The notes below the pieces were generated by a model. It was not told the DNA's origin. It saw nothing but the letters and a program-made list of their open reading frames with translations, and searched no databases. A stretch of 64,000 nt of DNA from Lachnospiraceae bacterium. GTDB lineage: Bacteria > Bacillota > Clostridia > Lachnospirales > Lachnospiraceae. Shown here piece by piece: positions 58,694 through 64,000 of this stretch. Position 1 is the stretch's first letter, and every line of letters starts with the position of its first letter. Location: positions 13,628-77,627 of the forward strand of contig JAJQHY010000087.1 in assembly GCA_021199495.1 (NCBI GenBank). The letters run 5' to 3'. The position numbers and the translations under genes were made by a program.

Positions 58694-59683
58694 ATGGCAA
58701 GAGAATCCAATCAGAAATTAAAGCTTCTGTATCTTATGAAAATCCTCTTAGAGGAGACAGACGAAAACCATTCAGTCAGCATGGCGGAAATCATTTCCAA
58801 GCTGAATGCGTACGGAATTACTGCCGAGCGGAAGAGCCTGTACAACGACATGGAAAGCCTGCGGCAGTACGGCATGGAGATTATCCGGGAACAGCAGGAT
58901 CGGACGTACTACTATCATGTCGGAAGCCGGCAGTTTGAACTGGCGGAGTTAAAGCTCCTGGTGGATTCTGTGCAGTCCGCGAAATTTATTACAGCGAAAA
59001 AATCAAATGAGCTGATTAAAAAGATCGAAGGGCTTGCCAGCAAATATGAAGCCTCGCAGCTGCACCGGCAGGTGTATGTGGCACAGCGCGTCAAGACCAT
59101 GAACGAGAACATTTATTACAATGTGGACGCGATTCATGCCGCGATTGCCGCGAACGAACAGATCCGCTTCCAGTATTTTCAGTGGAATGTGAAAAAAGAG
59201 CCGGAGCTGCGCCATAACGGCGCCTGGTACCAGGTCAGTCCATGGGCGCTCAGCTGGGATGATGAGAATTATTATCTGGTGGCCTATGACAGCGAGAATG
59301 ATATGATCAAGCATTTCCGCGTGGACAAGATGCTGCACATTGAGAGTGCCAGAGAGCGCCGCGAGGGCAAAAAGCGCTTCAAAGAATTTGACATGGCCCT
59401 TTATGCGCGCAAGATGTTCGGAATGTACGGCGGCCGCGAAGAGACCGTCAAACTTTGCTGTGAGAACGAACTGATCGGCGCGATCATTGACCGCTTCGGC
59501 AAGGACATCGCAGTCATTCCCGCGGATGAGGAGCATTTCATCGTTAATGTAAAAGTGGAGATCAGCAACCAGTTTATTCATTGGGTGATGGCGCTCGGCA
59601 GCGGCGCGAAGATTGTCGGGCCGGATTCAGTCGTAGAGGAAGTAAAAGCGGAGGTCAGGAGACTGGCGGATGAGTACATCTGA
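58694..59683 (+). CDS. WYL-domain transcriptional regulator (HTH-WYL-WCX, BrxR/CapW-like architecture)
   Basis: N-terminal wHTH (KLKLLYLMKILLEETDENHSVSMAEII), a central WYL-like domain (RFQYFQW...GAWYQVSPWALSWDDENYYLVAYD) and a C-terminal extension. Confidence 0.85.
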   Translation: MARESNQKLKLLYLMKILLEETDENHSVSMAEIISKLNAYGITAERKSLYNDMESLRQYGMEIIREQQDRTYYYHVGSRQFELAELKLLVDSVQSAKFITAKKSNELIKKIEGLASKYEASQLHRQVYVAQRVKTMNENIYYNVDAIHAAIAANEQIRFQYFQWNVKKEPELRHNGAWYQVSPWALSWDDENYYLVAYDSENDMIKHFRVDKMLHIESARERREGKKRFKEFDMALYARKMFGMYGGREETVKLCCENELIGAIIDRFGKDIAVIPADEEHFIVNVKVEISNQFIHWVMALGSGAKIVGPDSVVEEVKAEVRRLADEYI

Positions 59684-59756
59684 ACTATAGTATCTTTGAG
59701 AACAAAGGTTCGTTTGCGAGAACTGATTATGGGACAACTGAAATGAGAGAATAGAA

Positions 59757-59790
59757 CCAGGGTAGGGGAGACCTTATCCTGGGTCTTTTT
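59757..59790 (+). terminator. Rho-independent terminator
   Basis: CCAGGGTA / TATCCTGG stem followed by GTCTTTTT. Confidence 0.6.
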
Positions 59791-59927
59791 ATGATACCAG
59801 CAGCGAGAAGTTATAGAAATACACGGTCTGTTCGTTCAGGAGTTTTTGAATATTGACAGGAAAATGTTGTTTTAAACTATATTGGACTTTAGAATAGCAA
59901 ATACAGAAAGCCAGAGGAGGTAGGGTA

Positions 59928-60167
59928 ATGGATAACGATTTTTATAGTGCATGGATAGCATCAGAGCTGTCACAGATCAATGCGACTTTGCGCGGAGCAA
60001 ATCCACTAGAGAAGCCAGGGAATGTCGAAGTATACGAAAACCTGTCGCCGTACGAGCTGGCGGTGCTGATGTATGACTTCAGACACTATATTCCGTGGTC
60101 AATCGCGCGGCATTTCAGACAGAAATCAATATGGGAGTTGACGGGGATTCATGCGGATGAATGGTAA
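59928..60167 (+). CDS. Hypothetical 79-aa protein
   Basis: Strong RBS GAGGAGG. No recognisable motif. Confidence 0.5.
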   Translation: MDNDFYSAWIASELSQINATLRGANPLEKPGNVEVYENLSPYELAVLMYDFRHYIPWSIARHFRQKSIWELTGIHADEW

Positions 60168-60419
60168 AAGAGAATCTGATATATGAGTGAATAATGAAGA
60201 TGCCACAGCTATGCAAATTTTACAAGTCTTGTGAAATATTGCCCATATCATAGAGTCTATTTCGACAAGTTTTGTTGAAAAATAATCCTGCACATGATAT
60301 CTTTAAATAATGGTTGGTTTTGATTTATCTCTGCATAGAATGAACTATCATGTGAGAGACAAACAGGGCAAAGAAAAAAGTATACTCAAAATCCAAAATT
60401 GAATTGAGAGGAAAAGTTA

Positions 60420-61157
60420 ATGGTTGACACAAAGAAAGAGCAGGAACGAGACGAGCTTCACCGTGCGATATGGGCGATTGCGGATGAGCTTCGCGGTGCC
60501 GTAGACGGATGGGATTTTAAGAACTATGTGCTTGGCACTATGTTCTATCGATACATATCCGAGAATCTGGTGAACTACATCAACGAAGGTGAGGCTGATG
60601 CTGGCAACACCGAATTTGATTATGCTGCTATGTCTGATGAGGACGCAGAGGAAGCACGGGAAGGCCTCGTAGAAGAAAAAGGCTTTTTCATTCTACCCAG
60701 TGAGCTTTTCTGGAATGTTCTGAAGTCTGCTCCGAACGATGAGAACCTGAATATGACGCTGGAGACGGTTTTCCGGCACATTGAGGAATCGGCAAAAGGC
60801 AGCGAGTCTGAGAACAGTTTTGCGGGCTTGTTTGATGACTTCGATGTCAACAGCAACAAACTGGGTAGCACCGTGGCAAAGCGCAATGAAAAGCTGGTCA
60901 AGCTCTTAAATGGTGTGGCAGCCATGAATCTGGGCGATGTAAAGCACCACGATATTGACGCCTTTGGTGATGCTTACGAATATTTGATGACCATGTATGC
61001 CAGCAATGCCGGAAAGTCCGGTGGCGAGTTCTTTACTCCTGCGGATGTGTCTGAACTGCTGACACGGCTTGGCACGGTCGGAAAAACAGAGATAAACAAA
61101 GTATACGAAATTCCCACTCAACTTTTAATACAATCTGGCGATAGATTATGTGCGTGA
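60420..61157 (+). pseudogene. hsdM: Type I restriction-modification methylase subunit, truncated after about 230 residues
   Basis: HsdM N-domain, then GDAYEYLM and GGEFFTPADVSELL, then ...NKVYE. The expected DPACGSG AdoMet motif is replaced by an unrelated 15-aa tail (IPTQLLIQSGDRLCA) and a stop. Confidence 0.8.
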
Positions 61158-61159
61158 GT

Positions 61160-61240
61160 CAGGTGGGGACAAAATCGATGAGGGTGGGGACAAATTTACA
61201 GAGCTGGGGACAAAATCAGCAGGTGTGGACAAATCGGCGA
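61160..61240 (+). repeat. Four phased iteron-like direct repeats, core GGGGACAAA(A)T
   Basis: GTGGGGACAAAAT (61163), GTGGGGACAAATT (61184), CTGGGGACAAAAT (61204) and GTGTGGACAAATC (61223). Spacing is 21, 20 and 19 bp, followed by a 10-bp AT hairpin at 61246-61270. Confidence 0.65.
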
Positions 61241-61304
61241 TAGCCGCTATTTTTTTTGTGAAAAAATAGCCTGCAGATATTATATCAGTAGGCCATTCTT
61301 GCAT

Positions 61305-61967
61305 TTATTCGTCGTCTGTTAAAAAATCTTTGATTTCTGAATAAGGATAAAACGCATCTAATATGTGAAAAAATGCTTCCCACGCCTTGAAACGATATAA
61401 ACTGTTGGTTTCGTTTACATCCTGGCAATAACCCATAGCACCTTCGAAGTGATCGAAATGTTCGTTATTGTATGGACATGTTAGTGAATATAAATCAAAC
61501 ATATGAGCAAGTAATTCTTTAAATTCAAATGAACCAATTAATTGATTCATAAATTCTCGCATAGTATTTGTCCAAGGAGAAGGACTCTGAGAATCAGGAT
61601 GCGTGAGATCTCTGAGATTCTGTAAAGCTGGTTGATTGAGCGCTAAAAATAAGCAAGCCTTTTCCATTGTGAACGTATCATGATCTGTCTCACCGGTAAG
61701 GTACCCAACATCTACATTAAAGTAATCTGCAATCAAGAGCATAGTGTCATATTTCGGAAAACCGATAACACCGTTTTTCTGTATACTGCCCACATTTAAC
61801 CAGCGGCTAACATCTTTTTGACCATAGTTAGTACCGTATTTTTGATTAATGTCACTTACAAAAGTTTTCTGCTTCAAGCCTCTTCCTGATAAACATTGAC
61901 GAAGCCGTACATTCCAGATTTCTTCTCTATTTTTCTTTGTATCTTGAAATTGTTTTAAGTTGTCCAT
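61305..61967 (-). CDS. XRE-family HTH protein with C-terminal domain of unknown function
   Basis: N-terminal region (LRQCLSGRGLKQKTFVSDINQKYG...VSRWLN) plus the IADYFNVDVGYLTGE motif typical of Cro/CI-type HTH proteins. AAGGAG RBS. Confidence 0.7.
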   Translation of the reverse strand: MDNLKQFQDTKKNREEIWNVRLRQCLSGRGLKQKTFVSDINQKYGTNYGQKDVSRWLNVGSIQKNGVIGFPKYDTMLLIADYFNVDVGYLTGETDHDTFTMEKACLFLALNQPALQNLRDLTHPDSQSPSPWTNTMREFMNQLIGSFEFKELLAHMFDLYSLTCPYNNEHFDHFEGAMGYCQDVNETNSLYRFKAWEAFFHILDAFYPYSEIKDFLTDDE

Positions 61968-62130
61968 AACTTATCTCCTTTCGATATAAGCATAATTATA
62001 TACCACATATAAGTCATTTACAACTTAAAAATAAGAATATATAATAATAAATCAAGGAAGGAAAGAATGCATGGGTGACTTAATGTATCCGATTCTGATT
62101 CCTTACAGAAAAAATAAAGGAGTGACTTTA

Positions 62131-62280
62131 ATGAACGAAATGGAAATGCAAGCTAAAACAAGCGGCACAGACCAGCCGCAGATGTGTCTCAGTGATGATG
62201 TGCTTATTGCAATTGTTCATGACACAAAGGAAATCATCCTAAAACTGATTGAGAAGATTTGTGAATTAAAGGAAAATTAG
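62131..62280 (+). CDS. Hypothetical 49-aa protein
   Basis: The ATG at 62131 is preceded by AAAGGAG; the longer listed ORF start at 62071 lacks an RBS. Confidence 0.35.
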   Translation: MNEMEMQAKTSGTDQPQMCLSDDVLIAIVHDTKEIILKLIEKICELKEN

Positions 62281-62293
62281 AATGGAGGTATCT

Positions 62294-62647
62294 ATGGACA
62301 GGAAAGAAAAAGAAGCAAAAAAGAAAATTATTCGTGAGAGGATTGATTTAGGAAATGGCCGGTATAAAGACTATGAGGTAGACAAGTTAGTGGATGTTGT
62401 GAGCAATCCAGATAAGTATGACGGGAGGGCAAAGACAATTCGCCATTCTGGAAGAGGAATAAGCTCCGATGGGAATTATTTCTGGGATGATGAGGCTACT
62501 TACACGATTACGAATAATGAATCTGGCGTAAGAATCAACAGAGAGTATAATTACCACGATGATGAATACAATCGCCATGAAAATAATGTTTACCGTACTG
62601 GAAGAGAAATTCTTACAGTTCTTGGCGAGGTTTTCAGAGACAGATAA
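62294..62647 (+). CDS. Hypothetical 117-aa protein
   Basis: The ATG at 62294 lies 6 nt after GGAGG. Charged, Asn/Tyr-rich sequence with no recognisable motif. Confidence 0.5.
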   Translation: MDRKEKEAKKKIIRERIDLGNGRYKDYEVDKLVDVVSNPDKYDGRAKTIRHSGRGISSDGNYFWDDEATYTITNNESGVRINREYNYHDDEYNRHENNVYRTGREILTVLGEVFRDR

Positions 62648-62651
62648 TGAA

Positions 62652-62693
62652 AAGGCTCTATACCCTGATTCAAAAGGATATAGAGCCCTTTTT
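62652..62693. terminator. Bidirectional terminator
   Basis: GGCTCTATA ... TATAGAGCC stem with a T-run, between convergent genes. Confidence 0.7.
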
Positions 62694-62698
62694 ATATC

Positions 62699-64000
62699 TC
62701 AGGCTTTGATTTCCGTCCCATCCTTGAACGTGAATCGGATGTCGTCTTTGCTGTAAACCGTAGCGTAATCAACCAGCGTGTACCAGACTTCCTCATCGAA
62801 TTTGGTCAGAAGCGCTTCCTGAGAGAGGAGCGCTTTTTGAAATTCATTCAGAGCAGCTTTCGCAAGCTCCTTTTGGTCGATTTCGTTGGTGACGGCATCC
62901 AGCTGCTCTTTCGTCCGATTGTAGCGTTCAGTCAGGGAATCGTAACGTTTCTGGTATTCTGTCTGGTCGAGGGCAGTCAGTGCGTTCTCTTTGATGGCCT
63001 GCTGCACCAGCTCCGCGACCAGAGCCAGCTCGTTCGTCAGACGTTCCTGTTCTGCAGTAAGGTCAGTCGTATCGTACACGCTGCTTTTGACCAGTTCGAT
63101 GTCCTCGATGATGGAATCGCGGCATTCCAGCAGCCTGTTGACAGCGGATACGAATTTCTCCATAATCTCCTCATCGGTCAGATGTGGAGTTTTGCATTTC
63201 GTATCGCCTTCAAATTTGTGATTGCACTGCCAGATTACCTTACGGTATTTGTCATTGGAGTGCCAGACTTTGGAGCCGTACCAGCTGCCGCACTGACCGC
63301 ATTTGATTTTGCCGGAGAAGATGTAGATGCCGCTGTGCCGGTTCTTCCCGCGAGTGCGTCGGGCGAGTTCCCGTTGCACCAGTTCGAAAGTTTCCGGATC
63401 GATGATGGCTTCGTGGTTGTTTTCCACGTAGTATTGTGGCACTTCGCCTTCGTTGACTTTTGTTTTCTTTGTCAGAAAGTCTGTAGTGAAGGTTTTCTGG
63501 AGCAGGGCATCTCCCTTGTACTTTTCGTTCGAAAGAATGCTCTTCACAGCGGATGGATTCCACTTATCCCTCCCGGCAGGAGATTTTATCCCTTCCCGTG
63601 TCAGCTGCGTGGCGATGCCGCAGGGAGTTTTCCCTTCGAGAAAAAGCTGGTAGATTTTACGGACGGTGACCGCCTGCTCCGGGTTGACAACAAGGTTTCC
63701 ATCTGGTCCGCGTTCGTAACCGAGGAACCGTTTGAACGGGACTGTGACTTTCCCATCGGAGAAGCGTTTCCGCTGTCCCCATGTGCAGTTCTCAGAAATG
63801 GAGCGGGATTCCTCCTGCGCCAGCGAAGACATGATCGTGATAAGTAGCTCGCCCTTGCCATCAAAAGTCCAGATGTTCTCTTTTTCAAAGTAGCATTCGG
63901 TGCCGTTCTCTTTCAACTGTCGGATTGTCGAAAGGCTGTCCACGGTATTTCTTGCGAATCGGCTAACAGATTTTGTGACAATCAGGTCTATCTGAACACG
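62699..64000 (-). CDS. Large serine recombinase (N-terminus outside window)
   Basis: The frame stays open to base 64000 (VQIDLIVTKSVSRFARNTVDSLSTIRQLKENG precedes the listed start). It has a recombinase domain, a zinc-ribbon (CGQCGSWYGSK...WQCNHK) and a coiled-coil tail. Confidence 0.85.
   Translation of the reverse strand, partial: RVQIDLIVTKSVSRFARNTVDSLSTIRQLKENGTECYFEKENIWTFDGKGELLITIMSSLAQEESRSISENCTWGQRKRFSDGKVTVPFKRFLGYERGPDGNLVVNPEQAVTVRKIYQLFLEGKTPCGIATQLTREGIKSPAGRDKWNPSAVKSILSNEKYKGDALLQKTFTTDFLTKKTKVNEGEVPQYYVENNHEAIIDPETFELVQRELARRTRGKNRHSGIYIFSGKIKCGQCGSWYGSKVWHSNDKYRKVIWQCNHKFEGDTKCKTPHLTDEEIMEKFVSAVNRLLECRDSIIEDIELVKSSVYDTTDLTAEQERLTNELALVAELVQQAIKENALTALDQTEYQKRYDSLTERYNRTKEQLDAVTNEIDQKELAKAALNEFQKALLSQEALLTKFDEEVWYTLVDYATVYSKDDIRFTFKDGTEIKA

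Larger units (their letters stand above)
61108..64000. mobile_element. Left end of an integrated element carrying an XRE gene and a large serine recombinase (continues beyond the window)
   Basis: The hsdM reading frame loses homology at about 61108. Iteron-like repeats, an XRE gene, small ORFs and a serine recombinase follow. Confidence 0.45.

Noticed and set aside
59003-59581. 192-aa minus-strand ORF
   Set aside because: Antisense to the WYL regulator. No RBS or motif.
61160-61240. Possible CRISPR array
   Set aside because: The period is about 20 bp with 13-nt repeats and 7-8-nt spacers, far too short for CRISPR. No cas genes are present, so it is reported as iteron-like repeats instead.
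62837-63847. 336-aa plus-strand ORF
   Set aside because: Antisense to the serine recombinase gene, which has unmistakable family motifs.

Overview
This window looks like a chromosomal segment from a spore-forming, saccharolytic Firmicute in the Clostridia/Lachnospiraceae style. Supporting signs are spoVAA/spoVAB, sigH and the conserved ispF-cysS-mrnC-rlmB-sigH block. All family calls come from reading motifs in the supplied translations; no database search was run.

Layout by region:
- 1-6.5 kb: fucose module with a GH95 fucosidase (5' partial), a PfkB kinase, an AraC regulator, fucU and fucI.
- 6.7-22.8 kb: a Gram-positive polysaccharide-utilisation locus. It holds a membrane-anchored AraC-type regulator, an LplABC-type ABC importer, GH88, GH39, GH2, a heparinase II/III-like lyase split over two frames, and an AGE-family epimerase.
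- 22.9-24.6 kb: AAA-ATPase/PD-(D/E)XK protein.
- 24.6-33.7 kb: msm-like raffinose operon with an AraC regulator, an ABC importer, a GH36 alpha-galactosidase, and an unusual P-loop kinase::sucrose-phosphorylase fusion.
- 33.9-52.6 kb: mostly housekeeping genes. These include an ECF-type sigma with a long C-terminal extension, an AT-rich trio of small ORFs, nrdG, an esterase, tex, ridA, an ECF S-component, spoVAA/AB, holA, ispF, cysS, mrnC, rlmB, sigH, PBP1A and tRNA-Thr(GGU).
- 52.7-64 kb: an AT-richer, decaying accessory region that begins right after the tRNA. It contains gene remnants, an HTH + nucleotidyltransferase pair (AbiE-like) broken at a T6 run, and a WYL regulator with small unknown ORFs. 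It also has a type I hsdM truncated exactly at its AdoMet motif, four phased iteron-like repeats, and an element carrying an XRE gene and a large serine recombinase that runs off the right edge.

Several intergenic regions carry related, highly structured palindromic repeats. The most promising place for something new is 56-64 kb, which looks like a defence/mobile island. No CRISPR array or rRNA was seen.
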